In this document: positions 44,346 to 54,032 of the stretch, piece by piece | Position numbering within the stretch: position 1 is the stretch's first letter | Layout of the letters: each line of letters opens with the position of its first letter | NCBI GenBank assembly: GCA_002702575.1 | Contig: PAAJ01000018.1 | Coordinates: 209,328-273,327, forward strand | Source of the DNA: Phycisphaerae bacterium | GTDB taxonomy: Bacteria > Planctomycetota > Phycisphaerae > Phycisphaerales > SM1A02 | Length of the DNA stretch: 64,000 nt | Direction: 5' to 3' | Position numbers and translations under genes: made by a program | Notes under the pieces: model-generated | The model's database searches: none | What the model was told of the DNA's origin: nothing | What the model saw: the letters and a program-made list of their open reading frames with translations, nothing else

Positions 44346-45542
44346 ATGTCTTCCCTGTTCTCCACCATGCGATCTACGCTGCTTGTTCTGTTTCTGGTCA
44401 TGACCGCCTGTGCCGTTTCCGTCCAGGCAGATGAAGCCAAGTCTGAAGCATCCTCGGATTCGGCCATCGCGGCCAAGTATGCCTATGTCCTCATGAAGAC
44501 CAATCAGGGTGACATCCTGCTTCGACTCAACGAGACGCTCGCGCCGATGACGACAGCCAACTTCCTCCAGTACGTGAAAGACGGCGCCTACGACGGAACC
44601 ATCTTTCATCGAGTCATCGATGGATTCATGATTCAGGGTGGCGGCTTCGATACGAACTACGAGAAGCGACCGACGCGTTCGCCCATCAGGAACGAGTGGA
44701 TCAATGGTCTCAAGAACCAGGAATACACGATCTCGATGGCTCGTCTTGGTGGCAATCCTGATTCAGCGACGAATCAGTTCTTCATCAATGTGCGTGACAA
44801 CGCCAACCTTGATCAGCCACAGCGTGACGGCGCAGCCTATGCGGTCTTTGGTCATGTGATCGCTGGCCAGAAGACGGTTGACACCATCAAGGCGACAGAA
44901 AAGGAACGACGGCAGGGTGCGTTCGTCGATTCGCCGAAGGATCCGATCATCATCGAAAAGGTGACGAAGGTCGATCTGGCCGAAGCAGAGAAGATTGTCG
45001 AGGCTCAGGGAGAATCGAAGTCCGTCTGCACTGCGGCCACGAAGAACGAAGAAGCCGCCATGGTCAATGCCAAACGAATTCAGGATGCCATGGAAGCCGC
45101 CAAGAAGAGACAGGAGAACGCTGCAATGCTGACACGTACGGATGTTGAACCGTCAGAACTCCCGGGTGTCAAGGTTGACCGTCCAGCCGACGGTGAGAAT
45201 GCGGGAATGAAGTGGTGGGTCCTTGAGAAGGGCGAGAAGGGTGGTGCCAAGCCATCCGGAATGCAGGACCAGGTCCTTGTTCACTATTCCGGCTACCTGC
45301 TCGACGGCAGCAAGTTCGACTCCTCAGTCGATCGTGGTCAGCCCATCAAGTTCCCTCTGGGTGGTGTCATCCAGGGGTGGTCGCTTGGTGTTGGCCAGAT
45401 GCAGGTCGGTGAGAAGAAGAAGCTCCTGATTCCAGCAGATCTGGCCTACGGCGCTCGTGGCCGTCCACCGGTCATTCCCCCGAATGCCACCCTCGTATTC
45501 GATGTGGAGCTCATCGACGTCATGCCGGCTCCCGGCCGCTGA
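44346..45542 (+). CDS. dual-domain peptidyl-prolyl isomerase (N-terminal cyclophilin, C-terminal FKBP), secreted
   Basis: Signal peptide. Cyclophilin block [36 protein letters not shown] block [18 protein letters not shown]...[12 protein letters not shown]...[10 protein letters not shown]. Confidence 0.88.
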   Translation: MSSLFSTMRSTLLVLFLVMTACAVSVQADEAKSEASSDSAIAAKYAYVLMKTNQGDILLRLNETLAPMTTANFLQYVKDGAYDGTIFHRVIDGFMIQGGGFDTNYEKRPTRSPIRNEWINGLKNQEYTISMARLGGNPDSATNQFFINVRDNANLDQPQRDGAAYAVFGHVIAGQKTVDTIKATEKERRQGAFVDSPKDPIIIEKVTKVDLAEAEKIVEAQGESKSVCTAATKNEEAAMVNAKRIQDAMEAAKKRQENAAMLTRTDVEPSELPGVKVDRPADGENAGMKWWVLEKGEKGGAKPSGMQDQVLVHYSGYLLDGSKFDSSVDRGQPIKFPLGGVIQGWSLGVGQMQVGEKKKLLIPADLAYGARGRPPVIPPNATLVFDVELIDVMPAPGR

Positions 45543-45713
45543 GAACACCAGCGAATTCAGGGCCGAGCCCTCGGCAAGATCGCCACAGATGGCCTGCACG
45601 GAATCCAAATGTGATTCTGTGCGATCCTGTGCATTGATTGTGCGTGATACGGCCGATATAAATGAAGAGGAGCCAAACCCGTCCAACCGGGCAGGTTTGA
45701 TCGCTCTTGGAGG

Positions 45714-46361
45714 ATGAAGATCAGCCAGATGCCCGCCAGTCCATCGATTCTCAACGAGCCGGTACTCGTCCTCAACCGGGGATATACGGCACTACGGGTC
45801 ATTTCGGTGAGGCAGGCATTCGTCCTTCTGTTCAGGCAGATTGCCGAAGTGATCTCCGTCAATCAGGGTCGATACGAGACCTTCGACATCTCCTCATGGA
45901 TCGAAATCGCCGATCTCCAGAGACAATTCGAATGTGGTGATCATGACTGGATCCGGGCCGCCAGTCGATATGTAGCGGCGCCCCGCATCATCCGTTTGAC
46001 GAGTTCGAATCGTCAGCCGGACTTCCATGTCCGCCTCAATCGCAGAAACCTCTTTGCTCGAGACCGAAACCGGTGCCAGTATTGTGGAAAGAAGTTTTCA
46101 CTGGCCGAGTTGTCGATTGATCACGTTGTTCCGATTTCAAGAGGTGGAGCCAACACCTGGGACAACCTTGTCTGCGCCTGTATTCGATGCAACACCCGCA
46201 AGGGCAGTCGGACGCCCCGCGAGGCTGGATTGAATCTGATCACGAGCCCCCGGCAACCTCGTCACTGTCCTGATCGAGCGTTGTCTCTTCGCCGCAAGCA
46301 ATATGAAGAGTGGAAGGTATTCCTGAATGAAGCATACTGGACGGTCGAACTTCGAGATTGA
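45714..46361 (+). CDS. HNH endonuclease family protein
   Basis: CQYCGKKFSLAELSIDHVVPISRGGANTWDNLVCACIRCNTRKG. Confidence 0.8.
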   Translation: MKISQMPASPSILNEPVLVLNRGYTALRVISVRQAFVLLFRQIAEVISVNQGRYETFDISSWIEIADLQRQFECGDHDWIRAASRYVAAPRIIRLTSSNRQPDFHVRLNRRNLFARDRNRCQYCGKKFSLAELSIDHVVPISRGGANTWDNLVCACIRCNTRKGSRTPREAGLNLITSPRQPRHCPDRALSLRRKQYEEWKVFLNEAYWTVELRD

Positions 46362-46474
46362 ACTGATCTTTCGTCTGATGATGGCGGGTCTGCCGCTCGC
46401 TCCGTCAATTCGTTCGCCTAGGTATTGCTTTTCACGTCACATCTTCGATTGTCGTCAGGGTGCGCCCATGCAGT

Positions 46475-47254
46475 TCAAGGGTGCTGGTGGTCGTCCACGG
46501 CCTCGTCGGGGCTGAACTGGGCCGCTTCCTTCTCCAGCATCTCGATCGCCATGGTGATGTCGATCAGATGTTGCTGACCGAGCTCAACGGGCATGTCCGT
46601 GAGGGTTCTGGCGTGATCCAGATTGAACGGGCCCACGGCTGTTCGCCGGATCGACGTGCAGTAGCCACCGGTTCCGATCGCGGTGCCGAGATCGCGTGCC
46701 AGTGATCTGACATAGAACCCCTTGCCGCAGTGGATGTCGATCGTGGCCAATGGCCATTCGAAGGACACCAGCGAGATGTCATGGACCCGAACGGTTCGGG
46801 GAGGCAGGCTGTCGAGTTTGTCATCGCGAGCAAGGTGATAGGCGCGTTTGCCTCCGACCTTGATCGCACTGAATGCCGGTGGAGCCTGTTGGATGAAACC
46901 CTTGAAGTCTTCCAGTGCCTTCTCAACAACTTCACGAGTCGGAACCTCATCGATCTCGACTGGAATCGGTTCTCTTTCCAGATCATCGCTGGGACTGAAC
47001 GCAGAGAGATCGACGATGGTGCGATAGCGTTTGGACGCACCGACGATGCGGGACAGCAGTCGAGTTGCCGGCCTTCCGATGCCGATCACCAGGACACCTG
47101 TTGCGAGTGGATCGAGGGTGCCCGCATGCCCGCTCTTGGCGCCACCAGCGGTATCTCTCGCCAGTACGCGAATTCTCGCAAGGGCCTTCATCGAACTGAT
47201 GCCCGGAGACTTGTCGAGGACAAGAAAGCCAGTGATGGAATCGTCTTGATTCAA
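46475..47254 (-). CDS. truB: tRNA pseudouridine(55) synthase
   Basis: GFLVLDKSPGISS and GHAGTLDPLATGVLVIGIG. The ORF-track start at 47359 overlaps tRNA-Val. The start proposed here is the TTG at 47254, with AGGA 8 nt upstream. Confidence 0.8.
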   Translation of the reverse strand: MNQDDSITGFLVLDKSPGISSMKALARIRVLARDTAGGAKSGHAGTLDPLATGVLVIGIGRPATRLLSRIVGASKRYRTIVDLSAFSPSDDLEREPIPVEIDEVPTREVVEKALEDFKGFIQQAPPAFSAIKVGGKRAYHLARDDKLDSLPPRTVRVHDISLVSFEWPLATIDIHCGKGFYVRSLARDLGTAIGTGGYCTSIRRTAVGPFNLDHARTLTDMPVELGQQHLIDITMAIEMLEKEAAQFSPDEAVDDHQHP

Positions 47255-47326
47255 GGCGTGCGTCCTGAGAGGGACCTGATGTTCCAGGTGTGCAGTGATC
47301 TGAACAGGCAGGCACGTGGGAAGAAA

Positions 47327-47400
47327 TGGGCGATACAGGACTCGAACCTGTGACCTCACGGGTGTGATCCGTGCGCTCTAGCCAACTGAGCTAATCGCCC
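47327..47400 (-). tRNA. tRNA-Val (anticodon CAC)
   Basis: Manual cloverleaf: GGGCGAT-TA-GCTC-AGTTGGCTA-GAGC-G-CACGG-ATCACAC-CCGTG-AGGTC-ACAGG-TTCGAGT-CCTGT-ATCGCCC-A. CCA is not encoded. Confidence 0.9.
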
Positions 47401-47446
47401 AAAGCAACGGGTCAGTATATCGAAAATGGAAGGTTGAGCTGACCGG

Positions 47447-47755
47447 TCAGTCGGACGCGGGCTTCTCTTCGCTCTTGGCATGCATCGCATCGGCGGTTGA
47501 TCCAACATCCTCCGAGTGCCGTGCAACGGACTGATCGGAGAGCTTGGGGGAGGTCTGCGTGCCACCCTTGTCGATGTCGTCTTCGATGCCCTTGACGCCT
47601 TTCTTGAACTCCACGAGGCTTCGGCCGACATTACGGCCGACTTCAGGCAGCCTTCGGCCGAAGATGAGCAGACCGATCACGAGGATGATGATGACCTCGG
47701 TTGTGCCGATGCCTCCGAATGCAAGGATCGGGAAGATGGCCGTGGTAAGCGTCAT
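47447..47755 (-). CDS. tatA: twin-arginine translocase subunit TatA/E
   Basis: FGGIGTTEVIIILVIGLLIFGRRLPEVGRNVGRSLVEFKKG. Start at MTLTTAIFP. Confidence 0.85.
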   Translation of the reverse strand: MTLTTAIFPILAFGGIGTTEVIIILVIGLLIFGRRLPEVGRNVGRSLVEFKKGVKGIEDDIDKGGTQTSPKLSDQSVARHSEDVGSTADAMHAKSEEKPASD

Positions 47756-47911
47756 GGTGTCCTCCGTGGGGATATGACAAGCCATAGTCTATCGGTTTGA
47801 CCTCAGCTCAGCCTGAGAAGTCTTCAAACCTGTCGCCGAAAGGGGCGATAGACTGTCCTGAGGCTCCAATGGAGGGGGCTGAAGGGCACTTGAACCACGG
47901 AGGGACGCCGG

Positions 47912-49147
47912 ATGCATTGGCTGAAGTTTTTCATCGTTCTGATTACGCTCACGGGGTTGACCGCCTGTACTCAGGACAAGGTGGAGACCGGCGCAAACAT
48001 CGCTGCCAAGGATTATTCCCGTCCACTTCCCGAAGGCCGTCGAGCGTTGGTCAGGATCACGGATCCTGACAGGATGCCGGACCTGGAATCCGCCTGGAAG
48101 GGGCGTGACCTGTTCCTCCGGGATTCGATGGATGAGAGCATCAGCTGGTTCGACAAGGAATCGACTCTGGAGTGGTATCCGCACGAGGGAATCGATCATG
48201 CCAGAGCACGTGCTTCCGTCGTGGCCATGCGGGAGCTCATACTGGAGTCTTCCGATTCCGAGAGCTTCCAGAGGCAGCTGCTTGAACAATTCGATGTGTA
48301 TGAATCCATCGGTTGTGATGGTGACGGGACCGTCCTGTTCACGGGCTACTTTTCACCCGTCCTGGATGGAAAGACCCAGCCGACCGATGAGGATGACACG
48401 CCTCTGTATCTCCGGCCCAGTGATCTCGTGACGCATCCCAGTACTGGCGAGCCTCTGGGTCGCCTGCAGGCCGATGGCACGATGGCACCATGGCCGGGAC
48501 GTCGCGAGATCGAATCAGGTGATCTGTTCGATGGTACCGAGCTGGTCTGGGTCGAAGATCCTCTGACGGCGTACATCGCCCATGTCAACGGCTCCGCCAA
48601 AATCCGGATGGAAGACGGTACTCACATGTTCGTCGGTTATGACGGCAAGACGGACGGCGAGTACAAGGGGCTGGGCGTCTCTCTGGTCGAGTCGGGTCTT
48701 GCTGACCCGACCGAGTTGAGTCTTCCGACGGTCAGACGTCTCTACAAGCGGCATCCCGAACAGGTTTCCGAGTTGATTCTCGACAATGACTGCTATGTGT
48801 TCTTCCGGGAATACGACGGTGGAACGTGGCCATCCGGATCACTGGGCTTTCCGGTCACGACGGAGCGGACCGTAGCGACTGACAAATCCGTGTATCCCCG
48901 TGGTGGTGTCGTTCTTGTGGATACGACGACCAACACGTTCGGGGGATCCCGGCCGTTTACGCAGTTCATGCTCGATCAAGACACCGGCGGTGCCATCCGG
49001 GCGCCTGGACGTGCGGATCTGTACATGGGGACCGGATCGGCAGCGGAGATCCTCGCCGGCGGTCAGTATGCGGAAGGCAAGCTGTACTACTTCTTTCTGA
49101 AGCCCGACCAGGTCGCTTCCGTGAACGAGCGTTGGGTCAGCCCCTAG
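47912..49147 (+). CDS. mltA: membrane-bound lytic murein transglycosylase A (lipoprotein)
   Basis: Lipobox LTGLTAC, MltA-domain blocks, and the 3D domain DTGGAIRAPGRADLYMGTG. Confidence 0.85.
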   Translation: MHWLKFFIVLITLTGLTACTQDKVETGANIAAKDYSRPLPEGRRALVRITDPDRMPDLESAWKGRDLFLRDSMDESISWFDKESTLEWYPHEGIDHARARASVVAMRELILESSDSESFQRQLLEQFDVYESIGCDGDGTVLFTGYFSPVLDGKTQPTDEDDTPLYLRPSDLVTHPSTGEPLGRLQADGTMAPWPGRREIESGDLFDGTELVWVEDPLTAYIAHVNGSAKIRMEDGTHMFVGYDGKTDGEYKGLGVSLVESGLADPTELSLPTVRRLYKRHPEQVSELILDNDCYVFFREYDGGTWPSGSLGFPVTTERTVATDKSVYPRGGVVLVDTTTNTFGGSRPFTQFMLDQDTGGAIRAPGRADLYMGTGSAAEILAGGQYAEGKLYYFFLKPDQVASVNERWVSP

Positions 49148-49190
49148 TTGATGTGCGTTTTCGATCCAGTGACCGTTGAGCCTGCGCTCA

Positions 49191-49733
49191 TCAATCCAGT
49201 GTTGATCGTGCCGTTGAGGTCATGGGGTCCCATTGAAGTGAGCCCCACAGTGGCCACTCTCTTTGAACCTCGACCTGAGTCGGACTGCCGCCGTGGATGT
49301 GCATGAAATGCGATTCGTCGATGCGCACCATGATCTCTCCGCCGACGGCTCCGATGAGCCATGAGCCCATCAGAACGATGACGCAAGGCAGGATGAGGGA
49401 GTTGATCGAGAATGCAACCGGGGTCCTGTGGCCTCCGCATTCAAGGCAGATGTCTCCCCGGGTGCCCTTCATGGTGTGTCCGCAGTGACCGCATTCACCC
49501 CGCTTCATTCGATCCGCAGCCAGTCGACAGGCCCAGATATCCGGCATGGCCCACAGGGCGGTGACGGCGATCATTGGAATCATGAGAAGCAGCGTCAGCA
49601 TGAGGATCACGAACAGTGATCCGATGCCTGGTTGAACGACACCAAAACTGGAACGAATGAAGCAGTAGTCGAGAAAAGACCAGCTGATGACGACCAGCAG
49701 CACGGAGGCTCTGAGAAGAATGCCGGGACTCAT
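49191..49733 (-). CDS. hypothetical membrane protein with CxxC...CxxC zinc-ribbon loop
   Basis: The start at 49733 overlaps the UbiD-family stop (ATGA). TM helices flank RGECGHCGHTMKGTRGDICLECGGH. Confidence 0.5.
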   Translation of the reverse strand: MSPGILLRASVLLVVISWSFLDYCFIRSSFGVVQPGIGSLFVILMLTLLLMIPMIAVTALWAMPDIWACRLAADRMKRGECGHCGHTMKGTRGDICLECGGHRTPVAFSINSLILPCVIVLMGSWLIGAVGGEIMVRIDESHFMHIHGGSPTQVEVQREWPLWGSLQWDPMTSTARSTLD

Positions 49734-51772
49734 GGGGTTCGTTCGAGTCCGAACAGCTCGGGCTGCGATGCGATCTTGGCCAGAACCTCTGGATCCATCT
49801 TGATCGGGGGCGGCCATTTTCTGACAGGCTGGCCGTTGCGATCCTCGTGTTCGAGCTTGCTCGTCCCATCGAGTCCGAGACGGTGTTCCTGCCAGTGGAT
49901 ATCCCGGCCGGGATCCATGTTCGCAGCCAGATGAAAGAGGGTCATGTTCGCATCCTCGAGATCAACCGAGCCATCAACCGCCACGACGCACCCGGTCCAA
50001 TCGGCTTCGAGTTTCAGGACGGCATCGATCGTCGAGCTGGCCACACCGGACGTCTCTTCGGACTTCTCGATTCCCAGCAGAATGACACGACCCAGTCCCC
50101 AGTCCGGGATGTGATAGCGGTGATTCGAACCGCTCATGATGTTCTCGAGTGCAGGTTGCAACTCTTCCATGTTCGCTCTTGGCGGCACGCCTGCAGCGAC
50201 CCCTTGGACTTCTTCGCCGGGCCAGGCGGTCGTGGCATCGAAGCCGATCTTGTGTCCTGCGCCGAGTCTTGGAGAGGCGTGATCGAGAATGTCCAACGGT
50301 CCATTGACGACTTCGACGTCACGCTTGAAATCACAGTTGGATGCAATGGCACGGAGCACCGCCATGTCATCGTGAACATCGATTCCCTCTTCGACAACGA
50401 CGATCATCTTCGTCCAGGCCATCTGGCCAGCACCCCAGATCGAATGCATGAGTCGCCGTGCCTGCAACGCATAGCTCTTTCGAACTGAAACGAACACGCA
50501 GTTGTGGAAGCATCCGAAGAGCGGAAGGTGGTAATCGATGATGTCCGGAATCAGGATCTTGAGCAGTGGGAGGAAAATCCGTTCTGTCGCCTTCCCGAGG
50601 TAGTAGTCCTCCTGAGGCGGGATTCCCACAATCGTCGTCGGGTAGATTGCATTCCGACAGTGGGTCAATGCCGTCACTTCCAGTGTCGGATAGCGATCGG
50701 GCATGGAATACCAGCCCGTGTGGTCGCCGAACGGTCCTTCGATCACGGCGCCATCCCCCAATGGTTCATCCGAGTCCGGCTCCCAGCCGATGGTTCCGGC
50801 ATCGGTTCTGACGAAGCCCTCGATGACGATCTCCGCATTGGCCGGCACTCTCAGTGGGACGGTCTTCGCATTCACGAGCGGAATGCCCTTGCCGTTCAGG
50901 AAACCGGCCATCAAGAGTTCACTGATTCCCGGTGGCATCGGTGCCGTTGCGGCATATGGAAGGACCGATTCGCCACCAAAGCAGATGGCCACGGGCATCG
51001 GTTCTCCGATGGCCTTCCAGGACCGCCAGTGGGCTGCGCCGTCATGATGCAGGTGCCAGTGCATGGCAAGATGCGTGCCGTCGATCAGCTGGACTCGATA
51101 CATCCCGATGTTGTGCGAGGGTGGCTTCGACTTTCCACGGTCATCCGCATGGATCGTGTGGATTCCAGCAAAGGTGATGTAGCGCCCTCGGCCCTCGGCG
51201 GTACCTGCCTCTTCCGGTGTCACGGACCAGCCGACAGCTGAGGGATCTCCATCATGTGGCCAGCATTTGATGATCGGGAGTCGAGTGAGATCGACTTCTC
51301 CACGCGAGGCGAGTTTGACGACCTGTTGGCATCGCCCGTTGCGCTTGAGCTTCGGCGGTGCTTTCAGCAGCGGCTTGAATTCCCGCAGTTTGGCGATCGC
51401 ATCGAGAATGCCGCTGGGTGGCGTGGGCTGACTCAGTGTCGCAAGTTGTTCCGCGATTCCCGTGAAGCCCGTTTCATCATCACAGCCCAGTGCCTGCTCC
51501 ATGCGGCGGTATGAACCCAGCACGTTGATCGCGAGTGGAAAATCACATCCCTCGATGTTCTCGAACAGGAGTGCCTTGCCTCCGGTCTGGAACATGGCTG
51601 GATCAAACTGCAGTGCGGCACGACTTGGATTGGGTGATCTGGACTTGCTGTGCAGATCCGCGATGGCCGCCACTTCAAGCATGGGTGAAACAGGATGCGT
51701 CACCCGGAAAAGCTCTCCCTGGGCTTCTAGGGCTTGAATCATGTCCTGAAGTGTCTGGAAACCGTTGGGCAT
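49730..51772 (-). CDS. UbiD-family (prenyl-FMN dependent) decarboxylase
   Basis: NIGMYRVQL, HWHLHHDGAAHW and GPFGDHTGWYS. Start set at MPNGFQTLQDMIQALEAQGEL (51772). The longer 895-aa ORF runs antisense into the ABC gene. Confidence 0.85.
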   Translation of the reverse strand: MPNGFQTLQDMIQALEAQGELFRVTHPVSPMLEVAAIADLHSKSRSPNPSRAALQFDPAMFQTGGKALLFENIEGCDFPLAINVLGSYRRMEQALGCDDETGFTGIAEQLATLSQPTPPSGILDAIAKLREFKPLLKAPPKLKRNGRCQQVVKLASRGEVDLTRLPIIKCWPHDGDPSAVGWSVTPEEAGTAEGRGRYITFAGIHTIHADDRGKSKPPSHNIGMYRVQLIDGTHLAMHWHLHHDGAAHWRSWKAIGEPMPVAICFGGESVLPYAATAPMPPGISELLMAGFLNGKGIPLVNAKTVPLRVPANAEIVIEGFVRTDAGTIGWEPDSDEPLGDGAVIEGPFGDHTGWYSMPDRYPTLEVTALTHCRNAIYPTTIVGIPPQEDYYLGKATERIFLPLLKILIPDIIDYHLPLFGCFHNCVFVSVRKSYALQARRLMHSIWGAGQMAWTKMIVVVEEGIDVHDDMAVLRAIASNCDFKRDVEVVNGPLDILDHASPRLGAGHKIGFDATTAWPGEEVQGVAAGVPPRANMEELQPALENIMSGSNHRYHIPDWGLGRVILLGIEKSEETSGVASSTIDAVLKLEADWTGCVVAVDGSVDLEDANMTLFHLAANMDPGRDIHWQEHRLGLDGTSKLEHEDRNGQPVRKWPPPIKMDPEVLAKIASQPELFGLERTP

Positions 51773-51829
51773 GTGCAGCAGGATAGCCTTGGCAGGAATA
51801 CAAGATGCCTCCAACATGGATAAACTTTC

Positions 51830-52807
51830 ATGCTGATGTCCAGGAATGCAGTCATCAGCATCGATCATGTCCACAAGACCTTCAAGCGAAGGGTGCATGC
51901 ACTGCGCGGTGTCAGCATGCGAGTCCACGAGGGCGAGATCTTCGGTCTCCTCGGGCCAAATGGTGCGGGCAAATCCACGCTTGTGAAGATCCTCATGACC
52001 GTGATTCGTCCCGGTCGACTGGAAGGCACGATGCTTGGCAAGCCCGTCGGGCACAAGCCGACCCTTCGTCAGGTGGGCTATCTCCCCGAACATCACCGTT
52101 TTCCCGGATACCTCAAGGCCGCCCAGGTGCTTGATTACTTTGCCGCGTTGTCCGGTGTCCGACGCAGTCTTCGTCGTAAGAAGACGGATGAGATGCTTGA
52201 ACTGGTGGGCATGAGCGACTGGGCCCGACTCAGAATTTCCGGTTTTTCCAAAGGCATGCTGCAGCGAATCGGCATCGCTCAGGCGTTGATGAACGATCCG
52301 AAGGTTCTCCTTCTGGATGAACCTACTGACGGAGTGGATCCAGTGGGTCGCCGGGAGATCAGGGACCTGCTGCTCCGTCTGCGAGAACAGGGGCACACGA
52401 TCTTCATCAACAGCCATCTGCTGAGCGAGCTGGAGATGGTCTGTGACCGGGTCTCCATCATGGTCAAGGGAAGGGTGTCGATGGAAGGCACCATTGACGA
52501 CCTGACGTCGGCATCCAAGCGCTATGAAATCATCGTGCAGGGTGAAGCGCCGTCTTCAATCGCAGACAACAAGGATCTGACCATCGAGTCTCTCGGCGAC
52601 TCTTCGACGAAGCTGACACTCATGAGCTCGGAGGCGGAGGTGGTGCAGCCACTCATTGATCAGCTTCGATCGGCGAGCGTGGTCATCCGTTCCATCGAAC
52701 CTGTCAGAGAATCTCTTGAGGACCTCTTCATGAGGGCTGTCCAGGCAGCGGGTGACAGTACACCGGGTGCGGTGATGGGGAAGAAGTCGGGTGGTGGGCA
52801 GGCATGA
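51830..52807 (+). CDS. ABC transporter ATP-binding protein
   Basis: Walker A GPNGAGKSTLVKIL, signature FSKGMLQR and Walker B LLLDEP. Confidence 0.9.
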   Translation: MLMSRNAVISIDHVHKTFKRRVHALRGVSMRVHEGEIFGLLGPNGAGKSTLVKILMTVIRPGRLEGTMLGKPVGHKPTLRQVGYLPEHHRFPGYLKAAQVLDYFAALSGVRRSLRRKKTDEMLELVGMSDWARLRISGFSKGMLQRIGIAQALMNDPKVLLLDEPTDGVDPVGRREIRDLLLRLREQGHTIFINSHLLSELEMVCDRVSIMVKGRVSMEGTIDDLTSASKRYEIIVQGEAPSSIADNKDLTIESLGDSSTKLTLMSSEAEVVQPLIDQLRSASVVIRSIEPVRESLEDLFMRAVQAAGDSTPGAVMGKKSGGGQA

Positions 52808-54021
52808 CAGCCATCTTCGCCATCCTCGTGGATTCGTATCGAGCACTGAAGGCACAGAAGCTCTTCAAGACCGTTCTCGTTCTTTCGATGCTGGTCATCG
52901 TCGGCTACGCCTCCTTTGGATTCAACGACAAGGGCGTGTTCCTCTTCTTCGGTGCCATGCAGATCGAAACCGAGTATTTCAAGGCGGGTACACCGCTTGC
53001 CTCCACGCTCTACACCGGCATCTTCTCGGCCTTCATCGTCAGCCTCTGGCTGGGCTGGGTCGCCACGATTCTGGCTTTGATCTCGACCTCTTCGATCTAT
53101 CCGCAATTCCTTTCGGCCGGCTCCGTCGAGCTGGTGATGTCCAAGCCGATCAGGCGGACCACGATGTTCATCGCCAAGTACATCGGTGGACTGCTGTTCG
53201 TCATCCTTCAGGTCGGTCTCTTCTGTCTGGGAGCCTTTCTCGTCACGGGCTGGCGAATCGGTGAATGGAATCCGGCGATCTTCCTGGCGATTCCACTCGT
53301 GACCGTGTTCTTCAGTTATCTCTTCTGCGTCAACACGCTCGTCGGTGTCCTCACTCGATCGACGCTTGTCGCCCTGTTGTTCACCTTGTTGTTCTGGTTC
53401 CTCACGTTCAGTGTCCGGACGGCAGACGATGTCCTGAATACCTTCCAGTTTCAGGCCGAGGGCATGGTGGCGGTTCAGGAGCAGACTCTCGAGACCGCCA
53501 GAGCACAGCTTGTCGGTTTTCGGGATGAACTGGAATCCCTGGAGGAATCGGGTACGGAATCCGGTCGTGAGTACTACCAGTCCCAGATCAAGCGAATGGA
53601 AGTCATTGTTGAGGAAGATGAGGCACTTCTTCAGGGACGGCAGGATGCACTCGCTCAGTTGAGGCCCTGGGTCACGGTACTGGACGTGATTCGATGGCCC
53701 TTGCCGGAGACACAACGAACCATCGGCCTGCTGCAGCGTTGGGTCGATCAGGGCAAGAGTGTGACGATGAACGACATCCTGACAGGTCGATTCATCGAGG
53801 AGGAGCAGGAGCGTCTCGAAGCCGAGGAAGACACCTCGGCGGACATCGGCCGTGAACGTGGTGGATGGAAGGAACGCCGTCAGCAGCGACGGGAAGCCGA
53901 GAGCAGAATGATCGATCGTGAGGAGGATGTCTCCGCGGCCTCGATCATCGGTTGGTCGTTGCTCTTCGAGCTGGTGATCCTGATCCTCGCATGGTGGATC
54001 TTCGTGCGGCGTGACTACTGA
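52804..54021 (+). CDS. ABC-2-type permease-like membrane protein with charged coiled-coil insert
   Basis: ATGA overlap with the ATPase gene. Several TM helices and a long E/R/Q-rich segment before the last TM. Confidence 0.6.
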   Translation: MTAIFAILVDSYRALKAQKLFKTVLVLSMLVIVGYASFGFNDKGVFLFFGAMQIETEYFKAGTPLASTLYTGIFSAFIVSLWLGWVATILALISTSSIYPQFLSAGSVELVMSKPIRRTTMFIAKYIGGLLFVILQVGLFCLGAFLVTGWRIGEWNPAIFLAIPLVTVFFSYLFCVNTLVGVLTRSTLVALLFTLLFWFLTFSVRTADDVLNTFQFQAEGMVAVQEQTLETARAQLVGFRDELESLEESGTESGREYYQSQIKRMEVIVEEDEALLQGRQDALAQLRPWVTVLDVIRWPLPETQRTIGLLQRWVDQGKSVTMNDILTGRFIEEEQERLEAEEDTSADIGRERGGWKERRQQRREAESRMIDREEDVSAASIIGWSLLFELVILILAWWIFVRRDY

Positions 54022-54032
54022 AGTCGGATTCT

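Noticed and set aside
47786-47854. 9-bp inverted repeat (AGTCTATCG ... CGATAGACT) 51 nt apart in the tatA/mltA divergent region.
   Set aside because: By rough estimate, several 9-bp inverted repeats at this spacing are expected by chance in 64 kb. There is no second copy and no associated regulator gene.
51773-52417. N-terminal 215-aa extension of the UbiD-family ORF (895-aa version).
   Set aside because: It overlaps the ABC ATPase gene on the opposite strand. The UbiD similarity starts at the MPNGFQTLQDMIQALEAQGEL start.
52660-53715. 351-aa minus-strand ORF opposite the ABC ATPase/permease pair.
   Set aside because: Shadow of the permease gene, with the same acidic and His-rich composition.
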